A stretch of 52,229 bases of DNA from Candidatus Oleimmundimicrobium americanum. GTDB taxonomy: Bacteria; Actinomycetota; Aquicultoria; UBA3085; Oleimmundimicrobiaceae. The notes below the pieces were generated by a model. That model was not told the origin of the DNA and did not search any database. It saw only the letters and a list, made by a program, of their open reading frames with translations. Shown here in pieces: positions 11,464 through 21,642 of this stretch. The position numbers were made by a program, and so were the translations under genes. The stretch spans positions 1 to 52,229 of the forward strand of contig DFBH01000055.1 of NCBI GenBank assembly GCA_002366545.1, given 5' to 3'. Each line of letters starts with the position of its first letter. The first letter of the stretch is position 1.

Positions 11464-12618
11464 ATGAAAGAACTTATTATTCTTGGTTCAACCGGTTCAA
11501 TCGGGAGACAAACCCTTGATGTTGTCAGAAAACATCAAGATGCCTTCAAGATAATTGGACTTTCAGCTCATCAAAATGTTGATCTTTTAGCGGAACAGAT
11601 AAACGAGTTTAAGCCGAAGGCTGTTGTTGTTTCAGATCGTAAATATGTTCAAAAGCTCCGTAATTTACTGAAAAAAGATGTTGATATTTTAGATGGCAAA
11701 GATGCGCTTACCAAACTGGTTTTGTTTGATGCTGATTTGGTGTTAAATGCTTTGGTGGGCTCCGCTGGCTTGGAGTCGACGATTGCGGTTATCAAGACGG
11801 GCAAAACCCTTGCTTTGGCCAACAAAGAGTCGATGGTCATTGGCGGCGAGATTATAAATCGTCTTCTTTTAAAAAACGGGGGTGTAATTATCCCTGTAGA
11901 TAGTGAACATAGTGCAATTTGCCAGTGTCTTTTAGGTGAAAAAACACAGGAGATAAACAAAGTAATTTTAACCGCATCAGGTGGTCCTTTTAGAGGAAAA
12001 CGATCTTCCGAGTTGCGTCGGGTAACGGTTGAGGAAGCTCTTGCTCACCCCAAATGGAATATGGGTAAAAAAATATCTATAGATTCTGCTACATTGATGA
12101 ATAAAGGACTGGAAATAATTGAAGCCCACTATTTATTTAATTTAAGTTACGATGATATTGAAGTGGTAATTCATCCCCAAAGCGTCATTCATTCAATGGT
12201 TGAGTTCGTTGATGGTTCCATCAAAGCGCACATGGGTCCGACGGATATGAGAATTCCGATACAATATGCTCTTTCTTATCCCGAACGTTTGCCGTCGCCG
12301 ATTCCTATGCTCAATTTGTTAACGGTGGACAAACTTACTTTTGAAGAGCCTGATTCGGTGAATTTTCCATGTTTAAGATGTGCAGTGGAAGCCGGGAAAA
12401 AAGGCAAAACATATCCTGCGGTATTAAATGCTGCAAACGAAGAAGCGGTTGCCGCATTTTTAAATGGTGAAATTGCGTTTTTAACCATACCGGAAGTTGT
12501 TGATAAAGTTCTTTCAAAGCACAAACCGGTTGAGCCGGTTGAGTTGAGTGTCTTAAAAGAGGCTGAAAGCTGGGCAAGAAATCAGGCAAGTGAAATTATA
12601 AAAACTGCGAGGTATTAA
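11464..12618 (+). CDS. dxr: 1-deoxy-D-xylulose 5-phosphate reductoisomerase
   Basis: ILGSTGSIGRQTLDV NADPH-binding motif. Syntenic after cdsA. Confidence 0.96.
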   Translation: MKELIILGSTGSIGRQTLDVVRKHQDAFKIIGLSAHQNVDLLAEQINEFKPKAVVVSDRKYVQKLRNLLKKDVDILDGKDALTKLVLFDADLVLNALVGSAGLESTIAVIKTGKTLALANKESMVIGGEIINRLLLKNGGVIIPVDSEHSAICQCLLGEKTQEINKVILTASGGPFRGKRSSELRRVTVEEALAHPKWNMGKKISIDSATLMNKGLEIIEAHYLFNLSYDDIEVVIHPQSVIHSMVEFVDGSIKAHMGPTDMRIPIQYALSYPERLPSPIPMLNLLTVDKLTFEEPDSVNFPCLRCAVEAGKKGKTYPAVLNAANEEAVAAFLNGEIAFLTIPEVVDKVLSKHKPVEPVELSVLKEAESWARNQASEIIKTARY

Positions 12619-12619
12619 T

Positions 12620-13678
12620 GTGAATATTGGTGTTTTAGGTAGAATAATTTTAACGATTTTAGGGCTCGGTTTTTTAATTTTTATTCATGAGTTGGGACAT
12701 TTTTGGGTTGCTAAAATTTTACATATAAGAGTTTATGAACTTGTTTTGGGGTATGGACCAAAGTTATTTTCATTTACGCTCGGAGAAACAGTTTACGGGG
12801 TAGCTGCTGTGCCTTTAGGGGGATATGTTAGACTTGAAGATATTAAGCCGGAAGATATTTCTTTAAGAGAAGAAAGGTTGCCCGTTTTGGGCGACCAACC
12901 TTTATGGAAGCGTATTTGTGTTCTTTTTGGCGGTCCGTTTATGAATTTTTTAATCCCCGTTTTCTTAATCGCAATAATTTTTATGCTGGGGGTGCCTTCT
13001 CTAACAACAACCGTTGAAGGGGTTATCTCGGGTTATCCTGCTGCAGAAGCCGGATTTAAAAAAGGAGATAAAATTATTTCTGTTGAAGGGAATAAAATTG
13101 AAACCTGGGATAAGGTAACTGAAATTATCAAAGAAAACCCAAACAAAACTCTAAAATTTACGGTTCAACGTAGTGACAATAAAGTTACCATCGATGTTAA
13201 AACTGCCGAAAAAGATGGTGCGGGTTTTTTAGGTGTAGCCGCAAGGGCGGATATCAAGAAATTTGGCATTTTCTCCGCGTTTTATCAAGGTTTTAAGGTA
13301 ACGCTTGAATCTATATGGATAACGTTAAAATTCCTGTTTTTAATTATTGTCGGAAAAATCCCCGAGGGTCTTAATGCAAAGGTAATTGGTCCCGTGGGCT
13401 TGGTTAAAGAGATATCGGTTGGTATTCAAGAGGGGCTCATGGTTTACTTGGGAATCTTAGCACAAATGAGCATAGGTTTGGGGATTGCAAACCTAATTCC
13501 CATACCTCCTTTAGATGGTGGAAAACTTGCTTTTATAGGGTATGAGTTTATAGCAAAAAAACCGTTAAAAATTAAAACCATGCTTGTTTTGCAATCTATT
13601 GGGATAGCTTTACTTGTTTTTTTGATGGTCATGGTTACTTTTTCTGATATTTTCGGATTTTTTGTTATGGGAGGTTGA
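12620..13678 (+). CDS. rseP: RIP metalloprotease (site-2 protease, M50) RseP/RasP
   Basis: HELGHF zinc motif, a PDZ segment, and multiple TM helices. Confidence 0.93.
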   Translation: MNIGVLGRIILTILGLGFLIFIHELGHFWVAKILHIRVYELVLGYGPKLFSFTLGETVYGVAAVPLGGYVRLEDIKPEDISLREERLPVLGDQPLWKRICVLFGGPFMNFLIPVFLIAIIFMLGVPSLTTTVEGVISGYPAAEAGFKKGDKIISVEGNKIETWDKVTEIIKENPNKTLKFTVQRSDNKVTIDVKTAEKDGAGFLGVAARADIKKFGIFSAFYQGFKVTLESIWITLKFLFLIIVGKIPEGLNAKVIGPVGLVKEISVGIQEGLMVYLGILAQMSIGLGIANLIPIPPLDGGKLAFIGYEFIAKKPLKIKTMLVLQSIGIALLVFLMVMVTFSDIFGFFVMGG

Positions 13679-14736
13679 TAATGAAGCGCAGGAAAAGTAG
13701 GCAAATTAACGTGGGAAATTTAAAAATTGGAGGAGACGCGCCAATATCCGTGCAGTCAATGGCCAACACCAAAACTCAAGATATTGAGGCGACGGTTTCT
13801 CAAATTAAGCAATTAGAGTTAGCGGGCTGTGATTTGGTGAGGGTTGCCGTTCCAAACGAAGAAGCGGCTAAAGCAATGGGTGAAATAAAGAGAAATATCA
13901 ATATGCCCCTCATTGCCGATATTCATTTTGATTACAAACTTGCTTTAGCGGCTCTCGATGCAGGAGCTGATAAAATTCGTATAAATCCGGGAAACATTGG
14001 AGATGGTGCTCGTGTTAAAGCAATAGTCGAAGGGGCAAAAGAAAAAAAGGTACCTATTAGGATAGGTGTAAATGCCGGTTCTCTTCACAAGAAATATCGA
14101 GATACTGAAAATTTAGTTAAAGCCCTGGTAAATAGCGCTCTTGAGTACGTTGATTTTCTCGAGAATTTAGACTTTTTTGATTTCATAATTTCAGTAAAAG
14201 CTTCGTCGGTCTTGACGACCATTGAGGCGTATGAATTGCTTGCAAATAAGGTAGATTATCCTTTACATGTTGGTGTAACTGAGGCGGGGACTCTCGTTTC
14301 GGGTGCGGTGAAGTCCGCAATGGGGATTGGCACCCTTCTCAGGGAAGGGATAGGGGACACGATTAGGGTTTCGCTTACCGCTGATCCTGTAAAAGAAGTA
14401 GAGGTTGGTTTCAAAATTTTACGCGCTCTTAATTTAAGAAATTTTGGTCCCGACATTGTATCTTGCCCTACCTGTGGTAGGTGTGAGATTGATTTAATTG
14501 CTTTGACGAAAAAAGTGGAAGATGCTCTTAGAGGTTATAAAACTCCCATTAAGGTTGCCGTTATGGGGTGTATTGTAAATGGTCCGGGCGAAGCGCGGGA
14601 AGCTGATATTGGTATTGCCGCCGGCAAGAAGGAAGGTTTAATATTTGTTAAAGGTAAACCAATTAAAAAAGTTCCGGAAAAAAAGTTGGTTGATGCGCTT
14701 CTTGGGTTAATATCGGAATTTGGGAAGGAGAATTGA
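13675..14736 (+). CDS. ispG: 4-hydroxy-3-methylbut-2-enyl diphosphate synthase
   Basis: GcpE-family sequence with a CPTCGRC Fe-S motif. Confidence 0.95.
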   Translation: MIMKRRKSRQINVGNLKIGGDAPISVQSMANTKTQDIEATVSQIKQLELAGCDLVRVAVPNEEAAKAMGEIKRNINMPLIADIHFDYKLALAALDAGADKIRINPGNIGDGARVKAIVEGAKEKKVPIRIGVNAGSLHKKYRDTENLVKALVNSALEYVDFLENLDFFDFIISVKASSVLTTIEAYELLANKVDYPLHVGVTEAGTLVSGAVKSAMGIGTLLREGIGDTIRVSLTADPVKEVEVGFKILRALNLRNFGPDIVSCPTCGRCEIDLIALTKKVEDALRGYKTPIKVAVMGCIVNGPGEAREADIGIAAGKKEGLIFVKGKPIKKVPEKKLVDALLGLISEFGKEN

Positions 14737-16181
14737 TGGTGGTAAAAGATAAAAATAATTTTGTTGAAGCAATTACCAATAAAAGCGTTGATTTTCGCAG
14801 GTGGTACACCGATGTTATAATTGCTGCTCAACTTGCTGATTATTCTCCGGTTAAAGGTTGTATGGTTATCAGGCCCTACGGTTATGCTCTTTGGGAAAAC
14901 ATGAAGGCTCTATTGGATAGAAAAATTAAAGACACAGGACACGAAAATGCTTACTTTCCGTTGTTTGTTCCCGAAAGTTTATTAGCTAAAGAAGCTGAGC
15001 ATATTGAAGGTTTTGCTCCGGAGGTGGCTTGGGTAACTCATGCCGGGAACGAAAAGCTTGAAGAGAGGTTGGCCATTAGACCAACATCAGAGGCAATTAT
15101 CGGTAGCATGTATGCAAAATGGATAGATTCTTGGCGCGATTTACCGGTTTTAATAAATCAATGGGCAAATGTAGTAAGGTGGGAAAAAGTGACCCGCCCC
15201 TTTTTGCGGACGACGGAGTTTTTGTGGCAAGAGGGACATACTGTTCACCGTACGGAAAAGGACGCGGAGGAAGAGACGCTCAAAATGCTTGAAGTATATA
15301 GGGATTTTATGGAAAACGATTTAGCTATTCCCGTATATACGGGCAGAAAAACTGAACGCGAAAAGTTTGCGGGCGCTCTCAAAACATACACTCTTGAAGC
15401 CTTGATGTCGGACGGTAAAGCTCTTCAGTCAGGAACATCGCATAATCTCGGTCAACATTTTGCAAAGGTTTTCAATATAACATTTCAGGATATTGACGGC
15501 GAAAGAAAATTTGCATGGCAGACTAGCTGGGGTGTTTCAACCAGGTTAGTTGGAGCTTTAATCATGACTCACGGTGACGACTCAGGACTTATTTTCCCGC
15601 CAAAAGTTGCTCCAATTCAAGCCGTTGTTTTACCGATTTGGGGTAAAAAAGAACGTGAGGACGAGGTTGAAAACAAGATGGGAGAGATTGAAAAGATGCT
15701 AACCGGGGTATGCAGACTTAAGGTTGACAGGAGGCGCGAACATACAATCGGTTGGAAATTTAATGAATGGGAGCTCCGCGGTGTTCCTTTAAGAATTGAG
15801 ATTGGCCCAAGAGATGTTCAAAAAAATCAGGTTGTTTTGGTTAGACGGGATACGCGTGAAAAAGAGTTTGTTCCAATCAGCGAATTAAAGAATAAGGTTT
15901 TAAAAGTGTTGGATGACATACAAAAAAATCTTTTTGAACGAGCAAAAAAATTTCGTGATGAAAACACAAGAGAAGTTTCTACTTTTGAAGAATTGGCTTC
16001 TACGGTTGAGAAAAAACGAGGTTTCGTTGGCGCCTTCTGGTGTGGAGATGAAAAATGTGAAGTTGAAGTGAAGGAAAAGACTGCGGCAACGATTCGATTC
16101 ATCTCTCCTGACAGCAAAGAAGGCAAATGTGTTTTGTGTGGCAAAACCGGGCATTTAGTATATTTTGCTAAAGCTTATTAG
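14733..16181 (+). CDS. proS: Proline--tRNA ligase (archaeal/eukaryote-like type with a C-terminal zinc domain ending in Tyr)
   Basis: Class II motifs (AIRPTSEA), no bacterial INS editing insertion, and C-terminal CGDEKC...CVLCG...KAY. Confidence 0.93.
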   Translation: MMVVKDKNNFVEAITNKSVDFRRWYTDVIIAAQLADYSPVKGCMVIRPYGYALWENMKALLDRKIKDTGHENAYFPLFVPESLLAKEAEHIEGFAPEVAWVTHAGNEKLEERLAIRPTSEAIIGSMYAKWIDSWRDLPVLINQWANVVRWEKVTRPFLRTTEFLWQEGHTVHRTEKDAEEETLKMLEVYRDFMENDLAIPVYTGRKTEREKFAGALKTYTLEALMSDGKALQSGTSHNLGQHFAKVFNITFQDIDGERKFAWQTSWGVSTRLVGALIMTHGDDSGLIFPPKVAPIQAVVLPIWGKKEREDEVENKMGEIEKMLTGVCRLKVDRRREHTIGWKFNEWELRGVPLRIEIGPRDVQKNQVVLVRRDTREKEFVPISELKNKVLKVLDDIQKNLFERAKKFRDENTREVSTFEELASTVEKKRGFVGAFWCGDEKCEVEVKEKTAATIRFISPDSKEGKCVLCGKTGHLVYFAKAY

Positions 16182-16189
16182 GGACCAAA

Positions 16190-16852
16190 ATGGAAAAAAA
16201 ACATCCTAAAGTTGCTCTTATAATCCCTGCATACAATGAAGCTGAAAGAATTGGCGCTGTTTTGGATGAAGCCGTAAAATCCCCGGTTATAAATGAGATA
16301 ATTGTTGTGGATGACGGTTCAACCGACACAACGGCTGAAGTTGCGGGCAGCCATGAAGGGGTAACGGTGATTAGCCGCAATTTAAACGGTGGCAAAGGAG
16401 CCGCTTTAAAGATGGGCATAGATTCAACCGATGCCGAAATTTTAGTCTTGATAGACGCGGACTTAATTGGTCTTAAGGTTAAACACATTGAAGACTTAGT
16501 TGAGCCCCTTCTCTTAGAGGAAGACTTGGAGATGACGAGGGGTAAATTTACAAAAGGGAGAACGGCTACAAATATTTCTCAGGCGGTGGTTCCCAATATT
16601 TCCGGGCAGAGGGCTTTTAAAAGAAAATTTTTAACAGATATGCCGGACTTTACTAATAGCGGCTACGGGGTAGAAGTTGCATTTACGAGGCAAATTAGGC
16701 GAAAGCAAACAGAAGTAAAAGAAGTAATTTTGCCTAACATAACGCACGTTATGAAAGAAGAAAAGATGGGTTTGCGCAAGGGGTTATTGGAAAGATTCAA
16801 AATGTACCGGGATATTTTTTATCTTTTAATTAAGCCTAAGAGAAAGGGGTAG
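16190..16852 (+). CDS. Family 2 glycosyltransferase (small, soluble type)
   Basis: IIPAYNEAERIG...VVDDGSTD...DADL motifs. The substrate cannot be inferred. Confidence 0.8.
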   Translation: MEKKHPKVALIIPAYNEAERIGAVLDEAVKSPVINEIIVVDDGSTDTTAEVAGSHEGVTVISRNLNGGKGAALKMGIDSTDAEILVLIDADLIGLKVKHIEDLVEPLLLEEDLEMTRGKFTKGRTATNISQAVVPNISGQRAFKRKFLTDMPDFTNSGYGVEVAFTRQIRRKQTEVKEVILPNITHVMKEEKMGLRKGLLERFKMYRDIFYLLIKPKRKG

Positions 16853-16955
16853 ATGGAATAATTTTATTTAAAGGGCGGTTGTGATATCTTTGCATTATCG
16901 TTGCGCGACCACAAATGTTATGATAACATAAAATCGTCACATAAAGATGGCTAAT

Positions 16956-16981
16956 AAGTGGGTTCAGAGCCCACTTTTTTT
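16956..16981 (+). terminator. Intrinsic terminator in the rimP-nusA operon leader
   Basis: AAGTGGG (16956-16962), loop ttcagag, CCCACTT (16970-16976), running into a T7 tract. It lies 30 nt before the rimP start and about 100 nt after the GT2 stop. Confidence 0.7.
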
Positions 16982-17012
16982 AATATTATAAGAATGTACA
17001 GAAGAGGTTGCT

Positions 17013-17477
17013 GTGGCAAAAATGAAGGTTTCGGACATCGAAAAATTGATTTCTCCAATTTTATTGAATGAAGGGTTGGAATTGGTGGATGTTGAATTTA
17101 AAAAGGAACCCGTTGGAATGGTTTTAAGAACATACATTGATTCGGAAAACGGAGTTGATTTGGATACATGCTCTCGAGCAAGCAAAATACTCTTAAGAGA
17201 GCTTGATAAATCAAATCTTATTGAACAAAATTATATATTGGAGGTTTCGTCACCGGGGATAGAAAAGCCTCTGAGAAAACCCGAGCACTTTAAAAAATTT
17301 ATTGGCTCGAAAATTTTTGTTAAGACAAAGGTGGCTATAGAAAAAAGAAAGCAATTTAAGGGAATGCTTAAGGTTGCAAAAGACGATACATTTGAAGTTG
17401 ATTGTGATGGCAAGATTTTTAAAATACCGTATGATATATTGGGAAAAGCTCATCTTATAGTTGATATAGATTTATGA
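17013..17477 (+). CDS. rimP: Ribosome maturation factor RimP
   Basis: LEVSSPGIEKPL motif and position upstream of nusA. Confidence 0.92.
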   Translation: MAKMKVSDIEKLISPILLNEGLELVDVEFKKEPVGMVLRTYIDSENGVDLDTCSRASKILLRELDKSNLIEQNYILEVSSPGIEKPLRKPEHFKKFIGSKIFVKTKVAIEKRKQFKGMLKVAKDDTFEVDCDGKIFKIPYDILGKAHLIVDIDL

Positions 17478-17490
17478 ACTTACGAAGGGG

Positions 17491-18633
17491 GTGCGCAGGT
17501 TGAATTTAAATTTAATTGATGCTATTAAGCAAATTGAAAGAGAAAAGAAAATAGAAGCTGAGACGATTTTAGAAGCATTGAGAGCGGCGTTAACATCGGC
17601 GTACAAAAAGAACTATGATGTTGAGCAAAATATTCGTGTTGATATAAATCTTGAATCTGGGCAAATTAAGGTTTTTTCGCAAACAGAGGTTGAAAAAGAA
17701 GGAGAAAAAGAGATAGTTGAGAAGGAAGTTACTCCAAAAAACTTCGGTCGAATTGCGGCTCAGACGGCAAAGCAGGTAATTCTACAAAGAATAAGAGAAG
17801 CAGAGCGCGAGATGATGTACGATGAATATGTTGACAGAGAAGGAGATATCGTTACAGGTATTATTCAGCAAAGCGATCAGCGTTATACTCTGGTTAATTT
17901 GGGCCGGGTTGAGGCGCTTTTGCCTCCAAACGAACAGGTTCCCGGAGAAAGATATAGTCATGGGCTGCGCATTAAAGCCTGCATTGTTGAGGTAAGACGA
18001 ACCACGCGCGAGCCTCAAATAATTCTTTCAAGGACACACCCTAATTTGCTGAAGCGGTTATTTGAACTTGAAGTACCGGAAATTTATGATGGGTATGTTG
18101 AAATTAAATCAGTTGCTCGTGAACCCGGTCACAGGTCAAAAATTGCTGTGTCTTCTCGCGATGAGAGCGTAGATCCGGTTGGTGCGTGTGTTGGGCCTAA
18201 GGGCTCCAGGGTTCGTATGGTTGTGGGAGAACTTCGTGGCGAGAAAATTGATGTGGTTAGATGGAGCGAAGATCCGGCAGCCTATGTTGCAAATGCTTTA
18301 AGTCCGGCCAAAGTTAAAAAAGTTGATATAGATGAAGAAAAAAAGACGGCGGAAGTAATTGTTCCGGATGATCAGCTCTCCTTGGCTATCGGCAAGGAGG
18401 GACAAAATGCACGCTTGGCTGCAAAGCTTACCGGCTGGAGAATAGATATAAAAAACGAAAGTCAATTTGCCGAAAAAGTTAAAGTGAAAGAGACGGGCGA
18501 AGCTACTTTTGACAAAGAAGGTTTTGTTGAAGAAAGTATATGCCAAGCTATTACTAAGTCGGGGAAATCATGCAAAAATAAAGCAAAACCGGGAAGCAAG
18601 TATTGTGGAGTGCATAAGGGGCTTGAGGAGTAA
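17491..18633 (+). CDS. nusA: Transcription termination/antitermination factor NusA (with an extra Cys/His tail)
   Basis: NTD, S1 (GDIVTGIIQ), and KH1/KH2 (GACVGPKGSRV; AIGKEGQNARLAAKLTGWRIDI). The real start may be the TTG at 17500, which is 8 nt after GAAGGGGG. Confidence 0.95.
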   Translation: MRRLNLNLIDAIKQIEREKKIEAETILEALRAALTSAYKKNYDVEQNIRVDINLESGQIKVFSQTEVEKEGEKEIVEKEVTPKNFGRIAAQTAKQVILQRIREAEREMMYDEYVDREGDIVTGIIQQSDQRYTLVNLGRVEALLPPNEQVPGERYSHGLRIKACIVEVRRTTREPQIILSRTHPNLLKRLFELEVPEIYDGYVEIKSVAREPGHRSKIAVSSRDESVDPVGACVGPKGSRVRMVVGELRGEKIDVVRWSEDPAAYVANALSPAKVKKVDIDEEKKTAEVIVPDDQLSLAIGKEGQNARLAAKLTGWRIDIKNESQFAEKVKVKETGEATFDKEGFVEESICQAITKSGKSCKNKAKPGSKYCGVHKGLEE

Positions 18634-18912
18634 ATGTTTACAAAGAAAATCCCTACAAGGAAATGTATTGGATGTTATAAATCATTTCCTAAAAGGGAGT
18701 TGACACGGATAGTTCGCACTCCTTCGGGTGAAGTTATGGTAGATTTGACGGGAAAGGCAAATGGGAGAGGCGCATATATTTGCAGTTTGAAGTGTTTTGA
18801 AATAATCATCAAGAAAAAAAAGTTAGGAAATGCATTGAAGGTAGATTTGGATGAAAAAACGATAGAAAACTTAAGCGATAAACTACTGCGAATTTTTAAA
18901 AAAGAGGAATAA
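18634..18912 (+). CDS. ylxR: YlxR/DUF448 family RNA-binding protein
   Basis: RKCIGCYKSFPKRELTRIV motif and position between nusA and infB. Confidence 0.9.
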   Translation: MFTKKIPTRKCIGCYKSFPKRELTRIVRTPSGEVMVDLTGKANGRGAYICSLKCFEIIIKKKKLGNALKVDLDEKTIENLSDKLLRIFKKEE

Positions 18913-18938
18913 AACTTCCTTGATAAAGGGTGATTTAA

Positions 18939-20948
18939 TTGAGCATAAGAGTTTATGAATTAGCGAAAGAGATGAAAATTTCAAGCGGTGAGTTAATGAA
19001 GAGGCTTGAGAAAATGGGTATCACCGTTAAAAATCATTTTGCAACCATTGGTGATGATGCTGTTGGTCTTTTAAAAAAAGAGGGTATTAAAGTCGCGGAT
19101 ACAGGGGCTGTGCTCCCTAAATCCGACAAATCAGTGCAATTGAAAAAATCTGAATTAAAAAAAGAAGCCAAAGTGAAAGAGGAAAAGACTTTAGAAGAAA
19201 ATGAGCCTGAACTTAAAATTAGCGAAGGGTCAACCGTAAAAGAGCTTGCTGCCATATTTAAAAGATCTTCTTCGGAAACAATAAAGATTCTTATGAACAT
19301 GGGCGAAATGGATACAATAAATCAACCTGTAAGCAATGAAGCAGTTGAACTTTTGGGCGAGGAATTCGGATATAAGGTTAAGATAATTTCTTTAAAAGAG
19401 AAGATGGAAGAAGATTTCCCCGAAGAAATTCTCGAAGACTTAAAGTTTCGGCCTCCGGTGGTGACCGTAATGGGTCATGTTGATCATGGTAAAACACTTT
19501 TGCTTGATGCTATCCGAAAGACTGATGTTGTTTCAACTGAAGCTGGTGGCATAACTCAGCATATTGGGGCATACCAGGTTAATCACAACGGTAAAAAGAT
19601 AACTTTTATCGACACGCCCGGTCATGCGGCTTTTACGGCAATGCGAGCAAGAGGTGCCAAAATTACCGATATAGCCATTCTTGTAGTCGCTGCCGATGAT
19701 GGTGTAATGCCGCAAACGGTTGAGGCAATCGATCATGCTAAAGCTGCAGGGGTGCCCATACTGGTTGTGATAAATAAAATAGATAAACCCGAAGCTAATC
19801 CGGATAAAGTAAAACAACAACTTACAGAATATGGTTTGGTACAAGAGGAATGGGGAGGAGACACAATTTTTGTTTCTGTCTCTGCTAAAGAAAAAACCAA
19901 CATAAGTGAGCTTTTGGATATGGTTTTGCTTCTCTCTGAGATTGAAGAAATAAAAGCAAGCCCTAAAGGAATGGTTGTCGGCACTGTAATTGAAGCTTTT
20001 TTAGATAAAGGGCGAGGCCCGGTAGCAACAGTTTTATTGCAGCGTGGAACATTAAAAATCGGTGATGTGTTAATTGCCGGATACGCTTACGGAAAAGTCC
20101 GAGCTATGATTGATGACAAAAGCAAACGAATTGCCGTTGCAACTCCGGGTCAGCCTGTTGGGGTAATTGGATGGTCATCTACTCCTCAAGCCGGTGATAT
20201 TGTGAAGCAAGTTGTTAACGAAAAGAAAGCTCGTCATATTACTGAGGAACGTCTCTTAAAAAAGAGGGTTCTTGAAAAAGGATTACACAAACATATAGCT
20301 TTAGAAGATCTCTTCGATCAAATTAAGAAGGGTGAGATAAGAGATTTAAATCTTGTGGTTAAAGGAGATGTTCAAGGTTCGGTAGAAGCATTATGCGATG
20401 CTTTGAAAAAAATTGAGCAAGAAGAAGTTCATGTAAAAGTTATTCATAAAGGAGTAGGATCTATATCTGAAACGGATATAATGCTTGCTTCCGCATCCAA
20501 TGCTATTGTTATTGGGTTTAATGTTCGTCCCGACGTTAAAGCTAAAGTGCTTGCCGAGAAAGAAAATGTTGATATGAGAATGTACCGAGTAATTTATCAA
20601 GTCGTTGAGGATATTGAGGCCGCCAGAAAGGGGCTTTTAAAACCAAAGTTTGAGGAAGTTGAAATCGGACAAGCTGAGATAAGAAACATCTTTAAAGCAT
20701 CTAAAATCGGAACGATTGCCGGTTGTTTCGTTAAGAAAGGTGAAGTGGACAGAAAAGCTCAAGTTAGGGTTGTAAGGGATGGAGTTGTTGTTTACGAAGG
20801 GTTGATTGGTTCACTCCGCCGTTTTAAAGAAGATGTTTCTTCGGTTAAAAGTGGGTTTGAGTGCGGCATTCGCATTGATGGTTTTAATGATATCAAAGTG
20901 GGCGATGTTTTTGAGTTTTTTCAAATGGTTGAAAAACCCGCAATTTAA
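18939..20948 (+). CDS. infB: Translation initiation factor IF-2
   Basis: G domain (GHVDHGKT, DTPGH, NKID). 669 aa. TTG start. Confidence 0.97.
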   Translation: MSIRVYELAKEMKISSGELMKRLEKMGITVKNHFATIGDDAVGLLKKEGIKVADTGAVLPKSDKSVQLKKSELKKEAKVKEEKTLEENEPELKISEGSTVKELAAIFKRSSSETIKILMNMGEMDTINQPVSNEAVELLGEEFGYKVKIISLKEKMEEDFPEEILEDLKFRPPVVTVMGHVDHGKTLLLDAIRKTDVVSTEAGGITQHIGAYQVNHNGKKITFIDTPGHAAFTAMRARGAKITDIAILVVAADDGVMPQTVEAIDHAKAAGVPILVVINKIDKPEANPDKVKQQLTEYGLVQEEWGGDTIFVSVSAKEKTNISELLDMVLLLSEIEEIKASPKGMVVGTVIEAFLDKGRGPVATVLLQRGTLKIGDVLIAGYAYGKVRAMIDDKSKRIAVATPGQPVGVIGWSSTPQAGDIVKQVVNEKKARHITEERLLKKRVLEKGLHKHIALEDLFDQIKKGEIRDLNLVVKGDVQGSVEALCDALKKIEQEEVHVKVIHKGVGSISETDIMLASASNAIVIGFNVRPDVKAKVLAEKENVDMRMYRVIYQVVEDIEAARKGLLKPKFEEVEIGQAEIRNIFKASKIGTIAGCFVKKGEVDRKAQVRVVRDGVVVYEGLIGSLRRFKEDVSSVKSGFECGIRIDGFNDIKVGDVFEFFQMVEKPAI

Positions 20949-20972
20949 AATTTCTATTTATGAGTCAATAAG

Positions 20973-21266
20973 ATGATTTTAGGTTTACTCGAACTTGAAC
21001 TGCATATTTCAGATTGTGGTTCTCTAAAGGGAAAAAGAAAGGTAATAAAAAGCATAATTCATAAGATTAGAAACAAATATAATGTTTCAATTGGCGAAAT
21101 GGGAAATCAAGATTTATGGCAACGGGCCCTAATCGGGATTGCTTGTGTTTCGCAGACGGAAAACGATGCAAGAAAGTTGTTAGACAAGATAGAGCGTGAA
21201 ATATTTGATATGTATCTTGTTGATAAAATTCACGGAAGAATTTCAATTTATGCTCCCGAAAACTAA
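20973..21266 (+). CDS. DUF503 (YlxP-like) protein
   Basis: 97 aa, in the canonical slot between infB and rbfA. ELHISDCGSLKGKR N-terminus. Confidence 0.8.
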   Translation: MILGLLELELHISDCGSLKGKRKVIKSIIHKIRNKYNVSIGEMGNQDLWQRALIGIACVSQTENDARKLLDKIEREIFDMYLVDKIHGRISIYAPEN

Positions 21267-21285
21267 TTCAAAAGCAAGGTAACCA

Positions 21286-21642
21286 ATGAGTTATTTACGT
21301 TCTGCCAAAGTCGCTGAGGCGATAAAAGAAGAAGTCAGTATAATTATAAGCAAACTGAAAGACCCTCGAATCAAAATGATCACCATCACCGGAGTGGATG
21401 TGTCGCCGGATTTAAGGCATGCCATAATATTTATAAGTGTCATAGATTTCTCAAAAAAGGAAAGTACCCTGAACGTTCTCAAGAAAGCCAAGGGATATAT
21501 TAAAGCTGAATTGGGAAAGAAATTAAGGATGAAATATATGCCCGATCTGGATTTTAAGTGGGATGAATCGATAGAACAGGGGCTTAAAATATCAAAGATA
21601 CTACATCAAATACATGAAGAAGAAAGTGAAAACAAAGAATGA
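21286..21642 (+). CDS. rbfA: Ribosome-binding factor A
   Basis: ITGVDVSPDLRHA motif. 118 aa. Confidence 0.93.
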   Translation: MSYLRSAKVAEAIKEEVSIIISKLKDPRIKMITITGVDVSPDLRHAIIFISVIDFSKKESTLNVLKKAKGYIKAELGKKLRMKYMPDLDFKWDESIEQGLKISKILHQIHEEESENKE

